Source of the DNA: Rhodobacterales bacterium
GTDB lineage: Bacteria > Pseudomonadota > Alphaproteobacteria > Rhodobacterales > Rhodobacteraceae
Reading direction: 5' to 3'
DNA: 64,000 nucleotides
Assembly: GCA_002747325.1 (NCBI GenBank)
Contig: PDOZ01000032.1
Coordinates: 6,962 to 70,961, forward strand
Positions 9,718 through 17,340 of this stretch are shown here, one piece after another; positions within the stretch are counted from its first letter, which is position 1; each line of letters starts with the position of its first letter. A model generated the notes under the pieces. It made no database searches. It was not told the origin of the DNA and was given only the letters and a program-made list of their open reading frames with translations. The translations under genes and the position numbers were made by a program.

Positions 9718-10300
9718 GCCGCTGATCCTCGCTTTCGACACCTCGGCCGCGCATTGTGCGGCCGTTTTGTTGCAGGGCGACAGGCTGCGCAGCGCCCGCT
9801 TCGCGGAAATGGCGCGCGGACAGGCGGAGGCGCTGTTTCCCATGCTGGAAGCGGTTCTGGCCGAAGCCGGGGCGGGCTGGTCCGATCTCGACGCCATCGC
9901 GGTCGGCATCGGGCCGGGCAACTTCACCGGGCTGCGCATCGCGGTTTCCGCCGCGCGCGGGTTGGCGCTTTCCACCGGCAAACCCGCCATCGGCGTATCG
10001 GCGCTGGAAGTGCAGGCGGACAGCCCCCCCTGCCTCGCCAGCCTCGACGCCAAACGCGGTCGCCATTACGTTCAGGCCTTCCCGGACGGCACCCCGCAAA
10101 TGACGGAAAACCTTGAGGATTTTTGCCCGGACCTGCCCCGCGCGCAGCCCGTTCCGCCGCAGGAAATAGCAGAAAAAATCGCCCGCCTTGCGGCCCAAAA
10201 GCTCACCAGCGGCGGACCCTTCGCGCGCCCAGCGCCGCTCTATATCCGCGCCGCCGACGCCGCCCCGCCGCGCGATCCGGCGCCCGTGATTCTCGACTGA
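9707..10300 (+). CDS. tsaB: tRNA threonylcarbamoyladenosine (t6A) biosynthesis protein TsaB
   Basis: ILAFDTSAAHCAAVLL...AVGIGPGNFTGLRIAVSAARGLA is the typical TsaB/YeaZ core. It is followed by rimI as in many bacteria. Confidence 0.85.
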   Translation: MPSEPLILAFDTSAAHCAAVLLQGDRLRSARFAEMARGQAEALFPMLEAVLAEAGAGWSDLDAIAVGIGPGNFTGLRIAVSAARGLALSTGKPAIGVSALEVQADSPPCLASLDAKRGRHYVQAFPDGTPQMTENLEDFCPDLPRAQPVPPQEIAEKIARLAAQKLTSGGPFARPAPLYIRAADAAPPRDPAPVILD

Positions 10301-10301
10301 C

Positions 10302-10706
10302 ATGCCCGATTACGCCCGCCTCGCCGCCCTGCACACGGACGCCTTCACGCGCGGCTGGAGCGCGCAGGAAATCGAGGCGCTGGCGACCGGCCCCGGCGGC
10401 TTCCTCATCGACGCCCCCCGAGGCTTCACCCTCGGGCGCAGCATCGCGGGCGAGGCGGAACTGCTGACCATCGTCGTGGACAAATCCGCGCGCGGCACCG
10501 GCGCGGGCAAGGCGCTGCTCGCCGCATTTGAAACCCGCGCCGCGCAAACCGGCGCCAACACCCTGTTCCTCGAAGTCGCTGCCGACAACACCCCCGCCCT
10601 CGCGCTCTACCGCGGCCAAGGCTGGCAGCAAACCGGCCTGCGCAAAGCCTATTACCCCCGCCCAACCGGCCCCGTCGATGCGCTTTTGTTGCGCAAAAGC
10701 ACCTAG
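10302..10706 (+). CDS. rimI: Ribosomal-protein-alanine N-acetyltransferase (GNAT)
   Basis: GNAT acetyl-CoA motif (VVDKSARGTGAGKALL) and the conserved position immediately after tsaB. Confidence 0.78.
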   Translation: MPDYARLAALHTDAFTRGWSAQEIEALATGPGGFLIDAPRGFTLGRSIAGEAELLTIVVDKSARGTGAGKALLAAFETRAAQTGANTLFLEVAADNTPALALYRGQGWQQTGLRKAYYPRPTGPVDALLLRKST

Positions 10707-10739
10707 ACAAGCGCCCCCGGATAGCGCAAACCCATAGAC

Positions 10740-11654
10740 ATGCAGATTTACCTGCCGATTGCCGAAGTATCCGTGAACGCCTTCCTGCTCCTCGGGCTGG
10801 GGGGCATCGTTGGTGTGCTTTCGGGCATGTTCGGCGTCGGTGGTGGCTTTTTGATGACGCCGCTGCTGTTCTTCATCGGCATTCCCCCGGCGGTCGCGGT
10901 GGCCACGGAAGCGAACCAGATCGTCGCCTCCTCGCTCTCCGGCGTGCTGGCGCATCTGAAACGACGAACCGTCGACATCAAGATGGGAGTCGTCTTGCAA
11001 ATCGGCGGCCTCATTGGCGCGGCGCTGGGCATTCAACTGTTCAATTTCCTGCGCGAAATCGGGCAAGTCGACCTGCTGGTCAAACTGTCCTACATCGTTT
11101 TCCTCGGCATCGTCGGCTCGCTGATGTTCATCGAAAGTCTGCGCTCGATCCTGAAATCGCGCGGCGGCACCGCCCCGCCCACGCGGCGCAAGCATACATG
11201 GGTGCATAACCTGCCCTTCAAGATGAAATTCCGCGCCTCCGGCCTCTATATCTCGGTGATCCCACCGATCATGGTCGGGGTGCTGGTCGGTATTCTGGCG
11301 GCAATCATGGGGGTCGGCGGCGGCTTCATCATGGTGCCCGCCATGATCTATATCCTTGGAATGCCGACGAAAGTTGTTGTCGGCACCTCGCTGTTCCAGA
11401 TCATCCTGACCACCGCCTTCACCACCCTGATGCACGCCACAACCAACTACACGGTCGACGTGGCCCTCGCGGTTCTGCTGCTGGTTGGCGGGGTGATCGG
11501 CGCACAAATCGGCACCCGTATCGGCGTCAAGATGAAGGCCGAACAACTGCGCGTTCTGCTGGCGCTGATGGTGATGGCGGTCTGCGGCAAGCTGGCGCTG
11601 GACCTGCTGATCATGCCGTCCGAGCTGTTCTCCATCGGCGAAGGGGGGCACTGA
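10740..11654 (+). CDS. TauE/SafE (DUF81) family anion exporter-like membrane protein
   Basis: 304-aa polytopic membrane protein with duplicated G-rich helices (GVGGGFLMTPLL / GVGGGFIMVPAM). Confidence 0.85.
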   Translation: MQIYLPIAEVSVNAFLLLGLGGIVGVLSGMFGVGGGFLMTPLLFFIGIPPAVAVATEANQIVASSLSGVLAHLKRRTVDIKMGVVLQIGGLIGAALGIQLFNFLREIGQVDLLVKLSYIVFLGIVGSLMFIESLRSILKSRGGTAPPTRRKHTWVHNLPFKMKFRASGLYISVIPPIMVGVLVGILAAIMGVGGGFIMVPAMIYILGMPTKVVVGTSLFQIILTTAFTTLMHATTNYTVDVALAVLLLVGGVIGAQIGTRIGVKMKAEQLRVLLALMVMAVCGKLALDLLIMPSELFSIGEGGH

Positions 11655-11655
11655 G

Positions 11656-12420
11656 ATGCGCCTGTTCGCCTTCCTTCTCCCCCTGCTCCTGCTCATCGCC
11701 CCGGCGCGCGCCGACGAGCGCATCGTCGCCGGAATGAGCCAAAACCGGGTCTCGATCACCGCTACGTTCGATGGCTCCGAAATCCTGATCTTTGGCGCGG
11801 TAAAACGCGAAAGCCCACCGCCCGACAGCGATTTGCAGGTGGCCATCGTGATCGAAGGCCCGTCTGGCCCCGTCACCGTGCGCAAGAAGGATCAGCGGTT
11901 AGGCATTTGGGTTAATACCGAAGCAGTCGAGATCGAAACCGCACCGAGCTTTTACGCCGTTGCGACCTCCGCGCCCCTGAACGAGGTTATCACTCCAAGT
12001 CAGGACCTGCGCCATCACATCACCATCCCCCGCGCCATCCGCCTGCGTCATGGCGGAGCGGGGATTGTCGGGGCGGAGGCTTTCACCACCGCCCTGATCC
12101 GCATTCGCAGCAATTCCGGGCTGTATAAGATCGAGGAAGGCGCGGTCGATCTGCGGCAGGACACCCTGTTTTCCACCCGCATCTCCCTGCCCTCCAACCT
12201 CACCGAAGGCGATTACCGCGCCCGCATTTACCTGACCCGCGCAGGCAAGGTGATCTCGGCTTATCAGACAGAAATCGACGTGAAAAAGGTTGGGCTGGAA
12301 CGCTGGCTTTACCGCCTAGCGCATGATCACGCCCTGCTCTACGGGCTGATGTCGCTGGCCATCGCCATTGCCGCCGGCTGGGCGGCTTCGAGCTTCTTCC
12401 GCTATTTCCTGAAAAGTTAA
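11656..12420 (+). CDS. Alphaproteobacterial TIGR02186-type (Alph_Pro_TM) membrane protein
   Basis: 254-aa ORF with an N-terminal signal peptide and a C-terminal TM helix, starting 2 nt after the TauE stop. The family name is recalled from this characteristic pairing and was not searched. Confidence 0.65.
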   Translation: MRLFAFLLPLLLLIAPARADERIVAGMSQNRVSITATFDGSEILIFGAVKRESPPPDSDLQVAIVIEGPSGPVTVRKKDQRLGIWVNTEAVEIETAPSFYAVATSAPLNEVITPSQDLRHHITIPRAIRLRHGGAGIVGAEAFTTALIRIRSNSGLYKIEEGAVDLRQDTLFSTRISLPSNLTEGDYRARIYLTRAGKVISAYQTEIDVKKVGLERWLYRLAHDHALLYGLMSLAIAIAAGWAASSFFRYFLKS

Positions 12421-12425
12421 AGCCT

Positions 12426-13952
12426 TCAGGCTTCCCCCGCCTCAAGGCTTAGCGGTGCCGGTTTCGCCCGCAAATCCGCGGTGCTCAACTCCTCCTGCGG
12501 CCGCGACAGCGCATAGCGCGTGACCCAATGCAAGCGCTGTTCGGCCCGCGTGATCGCGACATAGGCAAGGCGTTTCCAAAGCGGCAGCCCGGCCTCCATC
12601 CGCCCCATCCGCGCCGCCGCCCAGATGTCGGGGGCAAAGACCTGAACGTCCGGCCACTGGCTGCCCTGCGCCTTATGGATCGTAACCGCCGCGCCGTGCA
12701 GAAACGACGCACCCATGGTCGCAGCGAAGGGGATGAACGGCTCTTCCTCGTCGGGCCGCTCGATCTTCACGATTGAGGCGACCGAGATCTGCGGATCCTC
12801 TGCGCCGAAAATATGCACCCGCGAAAAACCGGGCCGCCGCCCCTCGCCGAGAAACACCCCCTGCGCACCTTTGATCAGCCCCTTGGCCTCCAGCTCAATG
12901 CGTCGCTTGCGGTGTTTGAGCGGCAATTCGATCCCGTCGCACAGAAGCGGCTCACCGGGCAAAAGCGCCTCTTCCGGCGCGCCATGCGCCGCGCGAAAGG
13001 CATGGATCAAACGAATGCGGGTCTTGTTGCGCCAGACCAGAACCGGGCTGCGCGCCATCATATCCGCATTGACCCGCGGGGCGAGAATAACCCGGTCGTC
13101 GCGCGCCGCCGCCTCGCGAACCATCGCCTCGAAGCCTTCAAAGGTCAGGCGTTCATCGGCCAGCGCATGGGCCAGATCAAGGATCGGATTGTCGGTTTCC
13201 TGCCGATGCACCCGGTGCAATTCGCATTTTCGTCCCGCCTCGAACCCGTCAAACACCATTTCGCCGGACTGGCCCACCGGAGCAAGCTGCGCGGGATCGC
13301 CGAACAGCACCAGCGTAGGGAAAATCTCCTGCAAATCCTCGAACTGGCTCTTGTCGAGCATGGAACTTTCATCGACGAAACCAATGTCGAGCGGGTCGTC
13401 GCGGCGCTTCCATCCGGTAATGAAATCCGAACCGCGCAACCCCGCCGCCGCCAGCGCGCCCGGCACGGATTTTTGCGCCTGATAGAAAGCATAGGCCCGG
13501 TCCAGCGCCTCTTCCGTCATGCCCTCGACCTCGGGGCGTTCGCCCTTGCCGGCGAGCCACTCGGCGATGGCCTCAAATTCCGGCGCGTAGACCGGGGTGT
13601 AGAGGATGCGATGGATCGTGGTGGCGGGAACGCCGCGGGCGCGCAGAACCGAAGCGGCCTTGTTGGTCGGGGCCAGCACGGCGAGCGAGCGGCTTTCGCG
13701 CTTGCGGCGGCTTTCATAATCGCCGGTGACGATCTCCGCCCCGGCTTCCTCGACCGCGCGGGTCATCTCCGCCAACAGCAAGGTCTTGCCCGACCCCGCC
13801 TTGCCCACAACCGCCATCGCGCCGCTGTCGCGGCTGGGCTGCGGCAGGCACAGACCATCCTCCAGCGAAATACCACTGGCCTTTAACAGATCGGAAACCC
13901 GATCCCAGGCCTCCGCCTGATCCTCTGAAAGTTCGAAACGCTCCACACCCAT
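12426..13952 (-). CDS. RecD/PIF1-like superfamily-1 DNA helicase (AAA_30 plus UvrD_C_2 type)
   Basis: Walker A VVGKAGSGKTLL, Walker B FVDESSMLD, and the C-terminal TIHKAQGSQW...YVAITRA helicase motifs. Confidence 0.85.
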   Translation of the reverse strand: MGVERFELSEDQAEAWDRVSDLLKASGISLEDGLCLPQPSRDSGAMAVVGKAGSGKTLLLAEMTRAVEEAGAEIVTGDYESRRKRESRSLAVLAPTNKAASVLRARGVPATTIHRILYTPVYAPEFEAIAEWLAGKGERPEVEGMTEEALDRAYAFYQAQKSVPGALAAAGLRGSDFITGWKRRDDPLDIGFVDESSMLDKSQFEDLQEIFPTLVLFGDPAQLAPVGQSGEMVFDGFEAGRKCELHRVHRQETDNPILDLAHALADERLTFEGFEAMVREAAARDDRVILAPRVNADMMARSPVLVWRNKTRIRLIHAFRAAHGAPEEALLPGEPLLCDGIELPLKHRKRRIELEAKGLIKGAQGVFLGEGRRPGFSRVHIFGAEDPQISVASIVKIERPDEEEPFIPFAATMGASFLHGAAVTIHKAQGSQWPDVQVFAPDIWAAARMGRMEAGLPLWKRLAYVAITRAEQRLHWVTRYALSRPQEELSTADLRAKPAPLSLEAGEA

Positions 13953-13993
13953 GCGCCGACCCTACAGCGGCTCGGCACAGGATTGAAGCGGCT

Positions 13994-14641
13994 TCAGGCG
14001 GTTTTTGCCAGCCCCGGCGCGGCGTTTCCGGCCAGCGAGAGGGAATAGTTCAGCCACGACTTGCTCACCTCGCGCGTCACGCCGACCCGCTCCAGCGTCG
14101 GCTCAAACGCCTCCTCGTGCATCCGCCACAACCCGGCGCCAATCCGGTCCTTGCCCTCGCCGGCATAGCCCAGCACTTCCGGCTCCAGCCCCATCAAACG
14201 GTAAATCCGCTGCATACGCGCGTCGAACACGCCAACGAAATATTTCAGCCCAAACGCCTCCATCAATTCCCCCGCGCCCAGCGCAAGCGCGGCAGAAACC
14301 CGGCGGTCCGCATTGGGCGAGAGGCAAAACCGGGTGCATTCCCAGATGAACGGGCTTTCGATTCGCTCGCCGCCATTGAGGAAGGCGAAATGGTCATTAA
14401 CCATGGTGTCGCCGGTGGTCGGCAAGAACCGCATAGAGCCGCCATGCCGCCCGTCCGGCATTTCCCAAATGACATAAAGCGGGTTCAGATCGTCATATTC
14501 GTCGCGCTCTTCCCCATGTTCATTAACCTTAACGTCCTCCCATTTCAGGCGGCGAACAAACTGATCCGCCCGATCCAGAAACATGGTTTTGGACAACAGG
14601 GGAAAATGCTTGAGATCGTTTGCGTAAATGTAGCGCAGCAT
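13994..14641 (-). CDS. luxI: Acyl-homoserine-lactone synthase (LuxI family)
   Basis: MLRYIYANDL...FLDRADQFVRRLKWE...DEYDDLNPLYVIW...GGSMRFLPTTG...FIWECTRFCL are LuxI-family signatures. Start set at ATG 14641 with AAGGAG upstream. Confidence 0.9.
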   Translation of the reverse strand: MLRYIYANDLKHFPLLSKTMFLDRADQFVRRLKWEDVKVNEHGEERDEYDDLNPLYVIWEMPDGRHGGSMRFLPTTGDTMVNDHFAFLNGGERIESPFIWECTRFCLSPNADRRVSAALALGAGELMEAFGLKYFVGVFDARMQRIYRLMGLEPEVLGYAGEGKDRIGAGLWRMHEEAFEPTLERVGVTREVSKSWLNYSLSLAGNAAPGLAKTA

Positions 14642-14718
14642 GGGGGACTCCTTCTTCGATTCACGGTTCAATACAACCCAAAATGGTTAACTCTTTGCTA
14701 ACAAGAGCGAGAAGAATC

Positions 14719-14743
14719 TAATTTTAACTAATTATTAAAATTA
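14719..14743. promoter_or_regulatory. 25-nt AT-only near-perfect palindrome TAATTTTAA-C-TAATTA-TTAAAATTA between luxR and luxI
   Basis: Read directly. The 9-bp arms are perfect reverse complements and the core TAATTA is itself palindromic. It lies 78-102 nt upstream of the luxI start in a 22% GC stretch (13 G/C in 14701-14760). Confidence 0.5.
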
Positions 14744-14784
14744 AAAACAATCATAAGTAGAGCCTTGAAGGAAGGAACGCGACG

Positions 14785-15498
14785 TCAAACGATAACCGCG
14801 CCTGTAGAAAGCGCGCGGGCAACGGCATGAGTGGTGTTCATGGCACCAAGTTTATGGCGGGCGCTTTCGATATACACCCTAAGCGTGTGCTCGGAAATCG
14901 CCAGCGTCTGCGCCGCCTGCGACCGGCTCATACCCTGCGCAAGACAACGCATGGCATCAAGTTCGCGCGGCGAAAGGTTCGGCTGCAAAATCGGCCCCTC
15001 AAACTCTTCGAACAGCAACGCTTTCTTGTTGAATTCATGCGCCAGAAGCACCAGTTCATGTCCATTTTTGTCGATAAACGCCGCCCAATCCGCATCCTCC
15101 GCCGTGTCATTCAACGTGAACACCGCGAATTGTCCGTTGGGGCCGCGCACCGGAACGGAATAGCCCTGATTACCAACCCCATGCGCCAGCGCATCACGCC
15201 ACATTTCCTGCGCCGCTTTCGACGACCAATCCAGCTCTTTCCACGACACCGGGGTAAAGCGCTGGAAACACCCGAAAATCACCGGGTCCATACGCAGGTA
15301 ATCCATCTCCAGATAGCGATCGACCCAATCGCCCGAATAGGTGCCCGCGCCGAAGCGCTCCCCGTTGGAATTTACCCAATGATAGACCACATGCGACACG
15401 CCATAATAATCGCGGGTGCGCTCGGTCGCGCTTTGAAACGCCTCAAGCGTGTCAGCGCGCTGCAAAAAGCTGAGTAACGTTTCCAGTTTGTCTTTCAT
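14785..15498 (-). CDS. luxR: LuxR family transcriptional regulator (autoinducer-binding domain plus C-terminal HTH)
   Basis: 237-aa ORF with an N-terminal autoinducer-binding-type region (YLRMDPVI, GYSVPVRGPNGQFAVF) and the C-terminal LSPRELDAMRCLAQGMSRSQAAQTLAISEHTLRVYIESARHKLG HTH. It sits directly upstream of luxI. Confidence 0.9.
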   Translation of the reverse strand: MKDKLETLLSFLQRADTLEAFQSATERTRDYYGVSHVVYHWVNSNGERFGAGTYSGDWVDRYLEMDYLRMDPVIFGCFQRFTPVSWKELDWSSKAAQEMWRDALAHGVGNQGYSVPVRGPNGQFAVFTLNDTAEDADWAAFIDKNGHELVLLAHEFNKKALLFEEFEGPILQPNLSPRELDAMRCLAQGMSRSQAAQTLAISEHTLRVYIESARHKLGAMNTTHAVARALSTGAVIV

Positions 15499-15670
15499 CC
15501 CCAGCCGCCATCAGCCCCATTCGCGCGGAGGAGACAACTTCTGTCGAACTGATCTCTGCAAGCGCCGTAAGCGCCGCATCCTCCAGCGCCAGCGCGGTTT
15601 CCTGCATATCGTTCAACTCAGCATACGTCTTCAAGTCCGCAAGAACATCAATGATCCAATTGTTCGCCAT
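15452..15670 (-). CDS. Small hypothetical protein (72 aa) immediately upstream of, and overlapping, luxR
   Basis: C-terminal part of ORF 15452..16102: MANNWIIDVLADLKTYAELNDMQETALALEDAALTALAEISSTEVV..., predicted helical. It overlaps the luxR start by 47 nt. I recognise no family and coding status is unproven. Confidence 0.4.
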   Translation of the reverse strand: MANNWIIDVLADLKTYAELNDMQETALALEDAALTALAEISSTEVVSSARMGLMAAGDERQTGNVTQLFAAR

Positions 15671-15894
15671 GTAAAGCTCCATATGTCTTAAGGCAGCGGG
15701 CATCCTTATAATGAAAGGGTTTTTTTCTGCTCCACCCTTTGATCTCCCCATAAATCGCGAGGCGGGAAGCCAAAAGACGCTTGAAAAATCACACCCTGAC
15801 GCGCCGGAATGTCCGATATGCCGATGATTCGTTCCTACGAACGCATTGCGAACATTCACACGCAAATATGTTAAATTTTTGCAAACACCAGAAC

Positions 15895-15925
15895 AAAAAA
15901 GGGGCAGACCCGAAAGTCCGCCCCC
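15895..15925 (-). terminator. Rho-independent terminator of ccr
   Basis: Minus strand reads GGGGGCGGAC-TTTC-GGGTCTGCCCC followed by TTTTTT, beginning about 22 nt after the ccr stop. Confidence 0.75.
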
Positions 15926-15947
15926 ATTTCCATGCATATCGAAAGCG

Positions 15948-17228
15948 TCAGCTATCCAGCGCTTCCTCGAAGGTGCGCAGCCCGGTTTTCGGCGCCTGCA
16001 CCAGCACGGCCATGTTGCCCGGCTTGTGTTCGTTGCGATACATTTTCGTATGCGCCTTGGCGATTTCCGCCCAGGGGAACACTTCCGACATGCAGGGATC
16101 AAGGCGGCGCTCGACCATCAGCTTGTTGGCGGCAGCGGCCTGTTTCAGATGAGCGAAATGCGAGCCTTGCAGGCGCTTCTGGTGCATCCAGACGTAACGC
16201 ACGTCGAAGGTGCAGTTAAAGCCCGTGGTGCCGGCACAGATCACCACCATACCGCCTTTTTTACAGACGAAGCTGGAGACCGGGAAGGTCGCCTCGCCGG
16301 GATGTTCGAACACGATGTCGACATTGTTGCCCTTGCCGGTAATGTCCCAGATCGCCTTGCCGAAGCGGCGAGCTTCCTTGAACCATTCGTTATATTCCGG
16401 CGTGTTCACCGTCGGCAGTTGCCCCCAGCAGCTGAAGTCCTTGCGGTTGATCACGCCCTTGGCGCCAAGGCCCATGACGAAATCGCGTTTGTCCTCATCC
16501 GAGATCACGCCGATAGCGTTGGCGCCTGCGGCATTGGCGAGCTGGATGGCGTAAGAGCCGAGGCCGCCGGAAGCGCCCCAGACCAGCACGTTCTGCCCCG
16601 GCTTCAACTCATGCGGGTGATGGCCGAACAGCATCCGGTAAGCGGTGGCGAGCGTCAGGGTGTAACAGGCGCTTTCTTCCCAGGTCAGGTGCTTCGGGCG
16701 CGGCAGGAGCTGTTGCGCCTGCACATTGGTGAACTGCGCGAAGGAACCATCGGGGGTTTCGTAGCCCCAGATACGCTGGGTCGGGGAATACATCGGGTCG
16801 CCACCGTTGCATTCCTCGTCATCGCCATCGTCCTGATTACAGTGGATCACCACCTCGTCGCCGACTTTCCAGTTCCGCACCTTGTCGCCCACGGCCCAGA
16901 CGATGCCCGACGCATCGGAACCGGCGATGTGATACGGGGCGCCATGCCCGTCAAACGGCGAGATCGGCACGCCCAGCCCGGCCCAGATGCCGTTATAGTT
17001 CACCCCCGCAGCCATCACGAGAACCAGCACTTCGTGGCTGTCCAGCACAGGCGTATCCACCACCTCAACCTGCATCGCCTGTTCCGGCTCTCCATGCCGC
17101 TCGCGGCGGATAGCCCAGGCATACATTTTCTCCGGCACATAACCTAAAGGCGGGAATTCCCCGATTTCGTAGAGATCTTTCTTCGGCGCGTCATATTCGG
17201 CAATCGCCGTGTCCGTATCGAGAGCCAT
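15948..17228 (-). CDS. ccr: Crotonyl-CoA carboxylase/reductase
   Basis: 426-aa MDR-family ORF with the characteristic Ccr N-terminus (KDLYEIGEFPPLGYVPEKMYAWAIRRERHGEP) and IHCNQDDGDDEECNGGDPM insert. It neighbours ecm. Confidence 0.93.
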   Translation of the reverse strand: MALDTDTAIAEYDAPKKDLYEIGEFPPLGYVPEKMYAWAIRRERHGEPEQAMQVEVVDTPVLDSHEVLVLVMAAGVNYNGIWAGLGVPISPFDGHGAPYHIAGSDASGIVWAVGDKVRNWKVGDEVVIHCNQDDGDDEECNGGDPMYSPTQRIWGYETPDGSFAQFTNVQAQQLLPRPKHLTWEESACYTLTLATAYRMLFGHHPHELKPGQNVLVWGASGGLGSYAIQLANAAGANAIGVISDEDKRDFVMGLGAKGVINRKDFSCWGQLPTVNTPEYNEWFKEARRFGKAIWDITGKGNNVDIVFEHPGEATFPVSSFVCKKGGMVVICAGTTGFNCTFDVRYVWMHQKRLQGSHFAHLKQAAAANKLMVERRLDPCMSEVFPWAEIAKAHTKMYRNEHKPGNMAVLVQAPKTGLRTFEEALDS

Positions 17229-17256
17229 CTTGGCCTCCTAAAGCTGAATCCTTGTG

Positions 17257-17275
17257 CTGCGATGCAGAATCGCAG
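17257..17275. promoter_or_regulatory. Inverted repeat CTGCGAT-N5-ATCGCAG 29-47 nt upstream of the ccr start (candidate operator)
   Basis: Read directly: ctgcgatgcagaatcgcag has 7-bp perfect arms. No U-tract follows on either strand. Confidence 0.3.
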
Positions 17276-17340
17276 ATGCCCTCGGAGCATTACGAATCCG
17301 CCCGCAAGATTGCAACCGGATTTATCTCATTTTTGTAATT

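Noticed and set aside
10203-11885. 560-aa minus-strand ORF
   Set aside because: It is antisense to rimI, the TauE gene and the TIGR02186 gene. It has an Arg/Gly/Ala/Asp-rich composition and no motifs. It is a high-GC shadow ORF.
14642-14784. Canonical lux box (about 20-bp CTG-N10-CAG type palindrome) upstream of luxI
   Set aside because: None is found. Only the weak CTCTT-N7-AAGAG repeat and the AT-only palindrome are present, and these are reported separately as unexplained elements.
15671-16102. N-terminal 144 aa of ORF 15452..16102
   Set aside because: This part overlaps the ccr 3' end and runs across the ccr terminator hairpin, and the sequence is Cys/Arg-rich nonsense. Only the last 72 aa (15452-15670) were kept as a low-confidence small ORF.
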